A DNA stretch of 64,000 bases from Podospora anserina. Its lineage: Eukaryota. The stretch is taken from assembly GCA_017654855.1 (NCBI GenBank), contig CM030333.1, positions 3,224,001 through 3,288,000 of the forward strand, written 5' to 3'. The notes beneath the pieces are model-generated. The model was not told the DNA's origin, searched no databases, and was given only the letters and a program-made list of their open reading frames with translations. Positions within the stretch are counted from its first letter, which is position 1. Every line of letters begins with the position of its first letter. This document shows positions 50,574 through 63,158 of this stretch, piece after piece. The position numbers and the translations under genes were made by a program.

Positions 50574-51471
50574 CAACTTGAAGACTAGGTCAGCGGGTTT
50601 GGGGGGAGAAAAAGGATGCACAATTGGCTCTTTTGCTTGCTGAAGGGAAGAAAGCTTGACCGGCTTTGCGCGCCACCTCGAAGACGCTGGCGGGAGTTTG
50701 TGGTGAGGCGGAGCCGGTGAGGAGAGGCGAGCTGGAGGGTGTGATGCTGATATTTAGCCTGAGGAAAACAGGATCTCTTCAATCCACAGCGATGGGTGAC
50801 CTGCATGATGAACCGAGTGAAGGTCCAGGTCGCTGCTTTGGCCTCTGTTGTCGTTGTTGGAGCTCTCTCTCGGTGGTGGTTGCTTCCATCCGAGCTTCTA
50901 GCAGACGCGGGGCAGTGTGGGGGTGGGTCTCATGGTGGAGCTTCGGGTTATTTAGTTTGTTTCTCCACGATATCTTGACGATGAGAAGGAACAACCACCT
51001 CATGAACATCACAAGGTCGTTCTTTCCGGCCTGGATTATTTTTAAGTGGCGGAATCTTTGTTTTAGGAACCTGCAACACACCAATGGACCAAAACCGGGG
51101 AAGAATTGACACCTATCATACGCCATCACATGCGGACAACACATGCGATGTATGTTGCAATGAATTGGCCGGGTGAATGCTCTTCTCCAAATCGACCCCA
51201 ACTCGCAGTCTGTCGGCCCCTCTTCCAGAATTCTTCCGGATCGACTCGAACCACAACTTGAGAGGAATTGTTGTACGCCTTCAACATGTATCTCATATGC
51301 AAGGAACCGCCTGGCACGACACCAAGGCCGGAAAACGTGATTGATGCTCTGCCACTCATCGAACCCATATGTACTTAGACTTCCACCATCTCCAATCAAT
51401 CTCATTTCATTCAATTTTGGCCTTTCTTTCCTGCCTAACATTGACCCCTGGCCTTGGCTTTGACAGACAGA

Positions 51472-52832
51472 ATGGAGCCGCTCAATGTGTTGATGGTACG
51501 GACAATTCCTCACCTGTTAGCTATCGACCACTGCTGACCAAATGAACCAAGGTTGGTACCGGCGAGTACACCACAGGTTTCGTAGGGACCGGTGGCTCAG
51601 CATCGGACAAGAAGGTAGGCGTAGTCGGTCTCTCCATGTTTGACCTCAGACGAAGGGGCAAGGTCGGCAAACTTGGGATGGTGGGTGTGAATGGGACGAA
51701 ATACCCAGCAATCAGTGCGTACCTTAGAAATGTCCAACCCATTCAAACATCTGGCTAACACATCCAAGGGGAACACCTCCATAAAAACATCACCCTAGCC
51801 TACAATAACCTTGACACCTCATTCGAGTCCTTCCCCTCCGACGACACAAAAGATCCCGACGCCTACAAGACCGCCATCGACGCCCTCAAACCCGGCGATG
51901 CCATCACAATCTTCACCCCAGACACCACCCACTACCCCATTGCTCTCTATGCCATCGAGCGAGGAATCCACGTCATGATCACCAAACCTGCAGTCAAACT
52001 CCTCGAACACCACATCGCCCTCCTCGCCGCCGCCGAAAAACACGGCGTCTACGTCTATGTCGAACACCACAAACGCTACGACCCCGCCTATGCCGACGCA
52101 AAGTTCAGAGCCAAAAAGCTCGGTGACTTCAATTACTTTTACAGTTACATGTCCCAGCCCAAATTCCAACTCGAGACATTCAAGGCCTGGGCAGGGATTG
52201 ACTCGGATATCTCCTACTACTTGAACAGTCACCATGTGGATATCTGTGATTCCATGGTGTCCCAACTTGGCTACGTTCCTGTCAAGGTCTCCGCCTCAGC
52301 ATCAAAAGGAGTAGCCACCAGTCTCGGCTGTCACGAATCAACCGAGGACACCATCTCCCTACTCGTGCACTGGGAGAAGAAGGACGACCCTTCGAAGCAT
52401 GCCACGGGTGTATACACCGCTTCCTGGACAGCGCCCCAAAAAGCAGGAGTTCACTCCAACCAGTACTTCCACTACCTGGCTCGAGATGGCGAAATCACCA
52501 TCAACCAAGCCAAACGCGGGTATGACGTTGCAGAGGATGCAGCGGGTCAGTTGGTTTGGTATAACCCTTTTTACATGAGGTACGCGCCTGATGAGGATGG
52601 GAACTTCAACGGGCAGAGTGGGTATGGGTATGTGTCTATGGAGAAGTTCGTTGATGGCTGCCGGTCCGTTAATGCGGGAGAGTTGAAGCCGGCGGATTTG
52701 GACAAGAAGGGGCTTCCGACGCTGAGGAACACAATTGCTACGACAGCGATTTTGGAGGCGGGCAGGAGGAGTATCGATGAGGGGAGGGAGGTGAGGATTG
52801 AGCAGAGGGATGGGAACTGGAGCCTTCTTTGA
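51472..52832 (+). CDS. gaaA: D-galacturonate reductase (Gfo/Idh/MocA family), 3 exons
   Basis: [61 protein letters not shown]. Confidence 0.93.
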
Positions 52833-52961
52833 TCGGTTGTGTATTATTTCGCGCAATGGCACTATGTTGGTTATCCTCCTGAACGTCACGCCTTCCAACC
52901 CCAACAAAGGAAACAGATAGATCACCAGGCTCAGTAACTGCCAGCTACGAATCGGGGCCTG

Positions 52962-54537
52962 CTAAGCCTGAGACTGAGCGGGAACATTGCGAACCCAAAA
53001 ATTTGATGCCCTAAACTTCGCCTGAGCTAGATTTGCCGACTGCAGATATACCCTCACGGAACTGTGCACCAGCCTGACCCGGTTGTGCTCGATAACCACG
53101 AGCCCTGGGCAGCAGAGAAGGATTTCCTCTGCGCCAAGCCCCATCCTCAAGGTGCCATCAACTTCCGCAACAGTCAGCGGTCGCTCAGCAGAGCAGAGCA
53201 ATGTCAAGATGCTCCTTGCATCTTCGAGAAAGCCTTGTTCGACATCTAGAAGCATACGCTCATAGGTTTCACACAAGGGGTATGGCACAGAGGAAAACAA
53301 GCTCTTGACTCGTGCCTCTACCACCGGGCAGGATTCTAGGGCTGTGAGCATACACTCGACCCATCGGAATCTAGGAGAATGTGGTAGTATCTTGGGAACT
53401 TATGAATGGGTGCTTGGAAGGATATAAGACTTACGATCCCTCCGCTCTCGAGATAAGAGCACCCTGAATGAGGGGATGAAATTGTCTCACCCTTTGAAGG
53501 TTCCGGTTGTTCCGCAGGGTTCCAGTGACAAACGTCTCAATGTCCAAGTCGACATTGTTGATCTTGACCTCCTCGTGAGTGGCCAGGCGAAGATAGTCTC
53601 GGATATCTGGCTCATCGCGGCTAGACACGAGCAGATGCAGTCGAGAGTCTGACCAGCCCCGGATTTCCTCGATCGCCTTGAGCAGACACCCTCGGCCGGT
53701 CTTCCTGGGGCACTCGTCTAGTCCGTCCAAGATGATGTAGGTGTTGCTGAACTGCTTGACCGCGGTGCGAAGAACGCCCATCAAGCCCGACTCTGAAGGC
53801 GGTACATTGAAATGGTTGACACTTTGGCGTGCCAGGAGGAAAATACTGGACCCCTGATGAACCAGTTGCCAGTGCTTGAGTGTTGCTTGTTGATGGTGTC
53901 GTTGTGTTGGACGGATATATCAGATGCATTCAGCCATCGTTGCATATCTGCCATCAATCGATCGGCCCGCTCCATCCTCACCATCTCGTGGTTAGCTTGA
54001 ATGCCTTCTATGACATTCATGCTGCTTCCTAAATTCAACACTTGAAGACCCAATCTCAGATTGGAGCATAGCCCGTCAACCATCGCTGAGAGCTTCCGGA
54101 GTGTGGTGTCTATATCGTACTTTGGTAGCATCCTTGCAGGCGCCATACTTATCAAGTATCGAGAAGGGAAAACCACCACGTAAGGGATAGGCGAGCTGAC
54201 GGATGAATGTGCGCGGAAAGAAAGAACTTGAACCGCTACTGGTTGAAGAGCATTCTGAAAATTTCTGGGCTTCGTTGTGTAACTCCTGAATGTGGCCTTC
54301 ACACTCCCGAATCGATGACTCGAGCGAGTGAAGAAGATCTCTCTCATGGGGTTGGAACTTGCGGGTTCGAAAACAAATTTGCAACTCCTGGAGTATTGTG
54401 GCTAGCGCTTTGAGCTGTTGAATGATACTGGTGATGTTGGCTTTCGAACTCTTGACTGATGCGTAGTACTTGATAAGACATTCGGTGGCCTGTATTCCCA
54501 AGCCGATAATTCCGACGACGGCCCCGGCGAGCTCCAT
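52962..54537 (-). pseudogene. Truncated HeLo-like/NACHT NLR paralogue; Walker A region deleted, no C-terminal repeats
   Basis: MELAGAVVGIIGLGIQATECLIKYY parallels the gene at 44100; jumps from WFIRGPVFSSWH into another frame (VPPSESGLMGVL..IILDGLDECP); FRWVEC; VHSSVRVYL then stop. Confidence 0.85.
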
Positions 54538-54696
54538 AGTGAATGTGTAAGGCAATGAATAAGGGGTATGTAAGGAAGTGATGTGAGGAGTGTGTAACGC
54601 AATGATTAGAAACAACATGATGCTGGATTGTGAGAGGCAACATACATACTCATCTGTGATCATAGAACATGAACACCTAGACGCTGGACGTCTATC

Positions 54697-55119
54697 GGAC
54701 TCCCTTAGATGACTCGCCACCGGCCACACATACCACCCCTGCCCACACCCATCAATCAAATAAATAGCTAATCAACCTGCACGAATTACCCGGGCGCGCA
54801 CACATTAACAATCAATCAATTAAGACTCACCCGCACCACAAACTACTAAAATACATATAACCGTAATAGGCTTTTTCAATAAAAAGAAGGCCTAAATATA
54901 TACTACTTTTAAAATACCTATGTGGTGGTGTCGTACCTGTATCTTAAATATATATATTTGGTCGTGGACTTTAATGTTGAAGTTTAAAAATCTGGGTGTG
55001 GTGTCCAATTAGGCCTAGTGACGAGAACTAGCCTTATCCTAATCGGGCTGTCGTCAGGTGACCTAACTTACATAGCATGTGGGAAGCTGGTCCGAGTGGC
55101 CAGTCATTTAAGAGAGTCC
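54697..55119. mobile_element. MITE-like / internally deleted DNA transposon with ~30-bp imperfect terminal inverted repeats
   Basis: Left GGACTCCCTTAGATGACTCGCCAC-CGGCCA (54697-54726) vs reverse complement of 55088-55119 GGACTCTCTTAAATGACTGGCCACTCGGACCA; AT-rich non-coding interior. Confidence 0.65.
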
Positions 55120-56750
55120 CGTCTATCTAGAGTTGAGCATGTAGATCCATGATGGCCAGCGTCTCGATGATCACCATCGCGTTGTCCCCCGTGGTGTCCA
55201 GCGTCTAGATGCCCAGCGTCTAGCTGTTAGGCGCCCAACGTGAAGCGCCAGCAACGTAGCGAAGCGCGGATTACCACTCTGTGACCACGTTGCCAGGCCA
55301 AGTTTTGCACCTGTAGTAAAGTGTAAGCGCTAGAGAGCGTGATTAGAGCATCCTACGGCGGCAATATGAACTGAATGGTTTTCACGATGTCAAAATGCTT
55401 CAAACATGACACTTGGGTTCTGCCTTACGAGCATACAGCACAGTGTTGATTACAGACGCACTGTGAATGGATGCATGATCTTCGCCAGGCAGGCCTCGTC
55501 GAAACAATGTTGATACCCCTTGAAGGCCAGCGAAGCGCCGACCAAGCCTCACCTCGCCGGTTTCTGTGCTTCCTGGTTAAAGCCGAATATTAGTTATCGC
55601 AGGCCTGCTCTCAAAAAAGATATCGCGTTTGGATCCAGTTTTGCTCTGGTGACCGAGACTTCATTTGATCGATGGTGATGCTGCGGCTGGACAGTGTGCT
55701 CAGCTTTTCGGCGCACAAACCATTTCCACACAACTTCCAGTTTCTTGACCAAGATCCCAGGATGCGAGATTCAAAACTGTCGCCTGTTCGATCCAGTTCT
55801 GTTTGTTCATGCGGAATTCGCTGTCGAGAGCATGTCGATTCTCAGGCTCCCTTGTGGTGATACCAGACTGAAGAAAATATCAGGATAAAATAAATGAAAA
55901 GAAGGTTACAGCTTCTGCTGATCGGGCTGGTAACCCGTTTCTTGCTTCGTCTTGGACTTGGACCGAGTGTGGCGCCACAGCTGAGAGAGCATCTCAAAAT
56001 CTCGGAGCGTTGGTTGGTCGAAACCAGGCACAACTCGTGGCGTAGAGTCCCAAGAAGGAACACCAGCACCGGCACTTCGCGGTGATGGGGACTGGGAACG
56101 CGGCGACCGGAGCAGGAGTAGCGTCATTGTTGTGGCTTTGCAACAGGGCCAAGCCAGGCGCTGCGGCTGTGTTTGCAGCAGTTTGACAGCAACAAGCCGG
56201 AGGGATCCAGGGTTGAGGTGACAAACCTGCGACAGAGATATTGACATGCAACGTCAACTCCATCCTAAAGCTGACGACCACTTGTCGATTCTGCAAAATC
56301 TGATCTGTTTTGCAACTGAATATCCGTATCCGGTGGTTGTTTTGTTTTCGTCCTTTTTATCCTGTTTTTGTGGCCATCCCATCTCCACCAAACGAAATAC
56401 TTGACGTCGCACATACAGCCTCGTTCCCTGTTGGTAGTCGTCAGCTTTTGAGTGCGAGCCCCATCGAGTTCCCTGGGCAACCAAGCATAAGGCGAGAGAG
56501 AAGCCAAGGAAACCTCCAGCTTGCGCAACCTCAGCTCTTTGTATCTTCTGTGCAGTCGCAGCCCTATCGTCTTCAGCACAAACACAACAAACTCCCCTCC
56601 GAATTCCTTTTCGAAAAACCTTGGCCGGAAACCTTGATCTTCTGACAGGCGGGAGGGCGTGCGCAAGCGCATAGCAACATTAACACCAACCGACACCAGA
56701 CGAACCCAATCGAACCGAGCGCCGGACAGAGAGCCCCTCCAAAGAAAAAA

Positions 56751-57845
56751 ATGTGGGAAGACTTTGAGCTCGACGCCGAGCAAATTCCGGCCTTTAAGCT
56801 CGCATTCCACATAGCACAGATTGTCTTTGCGTTTGTACTATGGTGCCTCGAGATTGCTGTGTTCCGGGCCGAGAGCGCAAAGATTGTGGGCAACAACGGG
56901 TGGACGTTCGCAGTGGTATGTCTCAACCTTATCTGTATCCCCTCACTTTTTGGGATCACAAGATACTGACGTGGATATGGGATGGTAGTTCTTCTTGTCG
57001 TTACCAGCATGGATCTACCTCATCGGCGCCCCTCGTTTCCCACGAACCCGCAAGATCGCCAACCCGACGGTGATGGTCTTGGTCGACGTCATCTTCACCA
57101 TCATCTGGCTCTCTGCCTTTGCGACACAGGCGGCGTATAACTCTTCTGGTCTTTGCGGAGATGTTTGCGGTATCAGCAAGGCCATCGTCGCCATGGGCGT
57201 ATTCGTCTTGTATGTCCTACCCCTCCCCCACCATCTTCACATCTTGAATAACCCGTACTAACTATCCCCAGCCTCTTCTTCTGCGCCACCACCTTCCTAA
57301 GCATCTGGACCCTCAAATACTACCAATGGAACAACCGCCTCCCCGGCTACGACCGCGGCGATCGCGGCGCCGGCTCCGACAGCCAGAACATCGACCCCGA
57401 CAAAGCCGCCTTCTCCCTCGCCCCCCACGACGAGGAAGCCTACGCCCCGGTCAACATCCACGACGCCGACGACGACGACAGACCCGCTCCCTACGGCGGT
57501 GCCAGATCTGACTACTCCTCTGACCCCTACGGCGCCCCCAAGTCGGATTACTCGGACCCGTACGGCAGCGCTGTTGGCGGTGGAGCGGCCAACGCGAGCA
57601 CAATCGGCAGCTCATACCAGGACAACCCGTTCCGAAGGGGAGAGGTGAACGCGAACCCGTTTGATGACGATACCGAGTATAACTCTGGACGGGTGTCGGC
57701 TATGGGGATGGGGGGTGCGTCTACGCTGGGAGGGTCGATGAATAGTAGGTATCAGGCTCCGAGTGTGGGGACGTATGATGAGGAGGAGGATAGGACGGGG
57801 CCGGCGAGGTTTCCGCAGGCGAATTATGATCACCTTCATCGGTGA
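56751..57845 (+). CDS. MARVEL-like 4-TM membrane protein with acidic, NPF-containing tail
   Basis: Four hydrophobic segments, DVIFTIIWLSAFA, IDPDKAAFS, NPF motifs; introns ~56916-56988 and ~57210-57271. Confidence 0.8.
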
Positions 57846-58765
57846 TCGATGATGAATAGAACTGATGTTGAGTTACGAACGGGGGCTTGATGGTCAGGGG
57901 GGATATGAAAGCGAAACGTGCTTGGGAAGGTCATCTTCAGCAAAAGTGCAGCGAATGGCATGTCATGGCTTGATGGGTTAATTGGTGGGGAAGGGGTGTT
58001 TACTGTTTCTGAATGATTTTGTTTCCGGAGGGCGGAGTTTGTACATTGGAGGCATTTGGCTTTGCGTATGGTTTTATTATACAATGATCACGATATACAA
58101 ACCTCTCATGAAATGTCTTTAGGGTTCTGGCGTCAGGTGGAAGAGGGGGACTTGTTCACACGAAAAGGGAGGTATCATGTAGTTGAACATGAGGATGGTT
58201 TGTTGCATGTCCTGGTTCTGAATGTGCGAATGGTGGCTTTGGTGGCTTTGTTTGAGCACGAGGCATGGTTCCAGTTGTAGCCGTGATGAAAGGTTTAAGG
58301 CGTATAGAGGAGTTGCAGGGCATTTCTCAAATTGATATATTGAAGAATGGCAACGCAGAAGATGTGGTGTCTGTCCAAGATATCTCCAAACTTTGGTTGC
58401 CATCATCTCATAGGGTTTATGATGAATGTTAAACTAACAAGTGGTTGCCCAGGTGGCAGGACTTCCGAAAGTCTTGATAATCATCTAGTTCAAGTCCAGC
58501 AACCTGACCTAACGACCTGCTCAACCGCCTGTTCGACCGCCTTCGCTAATTTAGGCCCAAGTGCTCTAATCAAAACCACAGATTTTTCCATTTCCGCCAG
58601 ATCAGATGAAGACCAACTATAAACGCCAGAAAACGCCGGTATTATGAGTGACATGAACCTCTTCCCCATCTACAGCCGCCCTGTTTGAGAGCCACACTGT
58701 GAGGCTCAATTTACATCCTCAACAGAAGCCCCAATGTAGCAGAACCCTCTCAGCATTAAACGCCC

Positions 58766-59497
58766 CTAAATCAGCCCCGCCTTCTTCAACCTCCTCTTCA
58801 AATCCCCGGGCGTCTGCTGCATCGGATTTAACTTCATATCCCTCGCCATAGCACCCACATCCTCCCCATGCCTCTCCACCAACCTCTCCAACCACTCCCT
58901 CTCCCTATCACTCTGATACCTCGGTTTCGCCACCACTTCTCTTCCCGCCTCCCTTTCCAACGCCTTGAGAACTTCGCTCTTCTCATACGTCTCCCCCGCT
59001 AGCCCGCCCCATTCCTCGTACTCCTTCTTCTCTGTTGATTCACCCTCATCTCCAGACTCGAGGTCGTTTAGCGGGTCATTCAAAGGGTTGGTATCCTTGA
59101 TGATCCGGAGGATCTTTCCCGTCTCGGGGTCGCGCTCGACTTTTACCTCGCGGACGCGGAGGGAGCCAGAGTTGGAGTAAGACTGCACGGCGAGGGGGTC
59201 TTGGACGTCGGTGCGGAGTTTGGATTTGTCGTTGGGGGCGGTGCCGCCTGTTGTTTTGCCTAGCCTTGCGACGAGGCCGAAGCGGGTGTAGTTTTGGGAG
59301 AGGGTCTGTTTCTTGTCCCTGGTGACATGTAGAGTTAGTGAGTGAAATGGGAATATGTGGGAGAGAGAGGGGGAGACAAACCAGTTCTGGGCGATGATGC
59401 TGTTTCCTAGGGGGTTGAGAGCCTTCGTGCGGCGGTTGGGCATCTTCACTTTGGAGCGCGAGGAGCGCGCCTTGCGCTTTTGAAGTTCGCGACCCAT
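58766..59497 (-). CDS. NOP16: Nucleolar protein 16 (60S biogenesis)
   Basis: MGRELQKRK, NW|DKKQTLSQNY, QSDREREWLERLVERHGED..MARDMKLNPMQQT; one in-frame intron. Confidence 0.93.
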   Translation of the reverse strand: MGRELQKRKARSSRSKVKMPNRRTKALNPLGNSIIAQNWFVSPSLSHIFPFHSLTLHVTRDKKQTLSQNYTRFGLVARLGKTTGGTAPNDKSKLRTDVQDPLAVQSYSNSGSLRVREVKVERDPETGKILRIIKDTNPLNDPLNDLESGDEGESTEKKEYEEWGGLAGETYEKSEVLKALEREAGREVVAKPRYQSDREREWLERLVERHGEDVGAMARDMKLNPMQQTPGDLKRRLKKAGLI

Positions 59498-61246
59498 TTT
59501 GGATTGTGGTGGGGTGGTCTGAGGGAGGGGTTAAGGTTGGTGATGGTGTTAATTGGTGTGGTGGTTGGCTGTGGTCGATTGCGCTGCTGCTGTCGCTGCG
59601 CTTGCCGTACCATGGCGGCCAAAAATTCTGGAGTTGAGACGATAAGGGCGATAAGATAAGATCTTTTAGTGGGTTGGCTCCTTATCGATCGGGCTGGTTG
59701 CCTTCTTATCGCCGAATTCATAACGCCGATGACTCTCCTTCTCAGCCAGGGCAGCTGCCACACTTGCTGCCAACTGAAGAGACTGGCAACCGATTCCCCT
59801 CCATGATTCAGACATGCAGATGCAAGATTGGACAATGCAATGTTCCTGTCTTCGCGTCCGTGACAACTTGGAACCGTTTCTGTTGACGATCTTCTTTCGA
59901 AGAGACCGTCATGTCTCCGTCTGAAGCTATAACACAGCTCTATTAAGCCTTCTTCACCGTTTCTTTTATTGAATCCCAGCCTCGCGTGACTGTCACATGC
60001 AAGCCTTGACGTCTGAAGACCAAGGTCACCTCTCTTTTCTTGGCAGGATGAGCTTGGCCTCAACAGCATCAACCCCTCTCACAAATCGCCCGACTGGATG
60101 AGAAAATCCCGCTCCGTCTCGTAGGAAACGAAGTGATACCCAAAAGCATACCAATACCGAAGACCACACACACTCACGGTTCGGATCTGGTAGGTGTCTC
60201 TGTCCCTCAGAGCATCTCGGTGTCTAAACTTAGGTCGTCGAGCCGTTCGATGCTGCCCAACACCCATCGATATCTCGCAACCGCCCTCCCCCCACGCTCA
60301 CGTTCACAAGCTCGTGAGGTAAGCAGGGAGAGATTTCTCTTCAGTTTTATCTGCCCAACATCCGAGCTTCAGGACTTGTCTCCTCAGCGGTAGCCGATGA
60401 GCTCGTCCGTCCGAACACAGACCACCACGGCAATCACGTCTTCCGCCAGATCTTGAATTGCCTTCCTGTTGCGGTATGGCCCGGTGTGATCGCGGGATGC
60501 CAACACCCCCTCCCCTTCCTTCTACGGAGCAGATGTTAGTCGCGACGCTACGGGAGGGAAAGACAACCTGCTTCTTGCTTGCAGCTTGCAGGACATGCTT
60601 GCATATCCCGTCTTTTTTGCTTTGCTGACTGTCGTTGGAAGTACCTCCAAGGTCAACAGCCAGAAAACAGGGACGTTTTGTCCCCTCTCTCTCTCTCTCC
60701 ACCTCTTTTTCCCCAGATAAAGCAACCCAACCCTTCTCCCCCTCCCCTGTTGTTGGTCGTGTGTGCACACAGGAAAGGAAACATGACCCCTGACGGGTAC
60801 ATTGTGTGTTTCCAACATATCCCGCAAGCCAGGTCCAGGGCCAAAAGATAGTAAAAAATGTTCCTATCTCTATATCGATGACAGCGCATATCTGCTATGA
60901 TCCAGGTTCGGTTTAGCAAACCTGATGAGCTCACAATCAGTGGTGGTAGCGGTGATTGTGGGTGTGGTCGCGTGCAGCAAAGCAATGATGCAAGCCACCA
61001 AGCGGTAGCACACCACACCAAGTTTGTTCTTCTATCACGCCTCTTACCTTCTAGACGGGTTCTAGTCTTTCTAGAAGGTCGCTTCTATCAGATTTGGTTT
61101 TGCTGAGGTGGCCGATCAAATTCGATAGTGTTGTTGACCCCCCTCTTCCCCCCTCACCTTCACTTTTGTGGCTTGCTTGGTGTGTGCTAGGGTTCCCTTC
61201 TTCTTTTTTGTTCTGTGCAGCTTCTAGCGGGGTTTTTATGGAGGTT

Positions 61247-61273
61247 GGTGGTGGTGGTGGTGGTGGTGGTGGT
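61247..61273 (+). repeat. (GGT)9 microsatellite
   Basis: Nine perfect GGT units. Confidence 0.9.
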
Positions 61274-63158
61274 CTGGACAGATCAACAACATGATTTCTC
61301 TACTACTCTCACCGAATCAGTGGTGTTGAGGTAGGGTAGAGGAAGCGCGGTTAACCAACGGGGTTTGTGTTGATCTATGGAGTTTGGGGTTGGGGAGTTC
61401 TCCACCGCAGATGAGGACAAACCCATAGAGTCTATACGGATACGGGATACCGAAAGTTGTCGGCGATTTTTTTTCTTTCTTCCCTTCTTCTGTTTTGCCT
61501 CCTTCGTCCCCTCTCTCGTCTGGAACTGGGCCAGCCCCCCCCAGTTTGTGCTGGATGAAGGTGTGGCTTGACGCCTCCTCCTCTCCTCTTCATCGTTTCC
61601 CCTATCTCCATTATCCTCCCCGTCTTACAAACTTACATTGCCGCCAGCGAGCCGCCCCATGTACACAACACCCCTCTTGTGGTACAGTAGTTCCAAGTCC
61701 CTTCCCCCACGCAACTTTCCCCTTGAAGGTTAGAATCTCCGATTGGGCAGGTCCTTTGTGTATGTATGCACATTCTGACCCCTGACCTTGAGACGGCTAC
61801 ACGGCGAGCGGTCCTGTTCTCCTCCTCACCACTACCACCCAACAGTTCCACAGCTGGGTTTTGCCTCTTGCTACAACAGTGTACATCGAGAGAGCCACCA
61901 GTTGAGGGGGAAACAACACACACAGGCAAGGGGGAGGGGGTAAGCGAAGGCGGCATGGGGGGAAAAAAGAACACACTAACCGCGAAGCTTGTCGTTCCTT
62001 TGCGTTCCTTGTTGGCTACAACTTTGTTGATGGAGTCGATGGAGCCGTTTTGCATTTTTTGCAGTTACATCCAGATTGCGTGCTTTATCTCTCTGTCTCC
62101 ATTGCCAGTTCTCCACTTGTTTGTCATGTTCAAGAAGAGGTTATCGTGAGAGACACTGTAGCGACGGTCTGTTAAGCGCGGCTTTGTGCTCAAACCGGGT
62201 AAGCCACCTCGATTCACTCACCGAGACATTAACTTCGAGAAGGTCTGCAACGGTAGGTTGGCAAGGACTAGAACGCGGGTTGTAACCAGCTGGCAGTAGT
62301 GATGTGATAGAGATACATTAGACTTGACGGGGGCAGGGGAAAGGGAGGGGGAACGTCGATCGATTGAGGATGTACCTCTGAAGTATTCTTCTGGTGAGGT
62401 GGTAGATCTGATGTAACATGGGATACCCCGAATGTTTTGCTTACCCACCCGAGGAGGGGGTCAGCAAGCTGTGTGGATTGTGGGAGGGAGGAGAGGGAGA
62501 GTCCCGTCCGAGGCACAGACGAACCTGACACTTTCCAGGAAAGAACATATGCCGAGCTGAGACTGTGGGCGTCTCTGAAGGGCTACCCGAGATGGGGACA
62601 CACTCGCTCACACGGACAGTCATCCAGCTGAGAGAAGTGTGCATTGCCTACTGAGATGAGCATCTAATGCGGATATGGCACATGACACCTCGCGTACAGC
62701 ATGTATGAAGGCTCCTCACAAGACTCCATGTCCGTGCCATAGAGCTCTTCATAGGTAGTTGAACATTTGTCACCAGTGTTTTGCATGTGCTTATAGTTGG
62801 AAGAGTGTTGTGAATGTTTTGCAATGTTTTTGTAAAAGTTTCAACAATTGTATCTGATAAAACATGTACCCATAGCTTCCTCCTCTTCCCCCCCGCCATC
62901 AAGAACCTGCTCTTGTTCCCAAAACCCTGACAGGTAAAGGTATAACCACGGTAGCTAAATAAGTAGGTATATATAAAAAGTAAACCAAAAAAATGATATA
63001 ATAAACAAAGAGATGTCGGTATGTGTGTTGTGTGTCTGTGTGTGTGTAATGTGCAGGTCACCATCATTGATGTACCTCACTCACTGTTGCCATAAATCCA
63101 GGGCAACTAGGTAGGTACCCCCCCTTTCATATCATATCCGTCCCAATCCATATCAACA

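Noticed and set aside
41031-55000. Amyloid signalling partner gene (HET-s/PP/sigma type) near the NLRs
   Set aside because: No such motif or small effector gene seen beside either copy.
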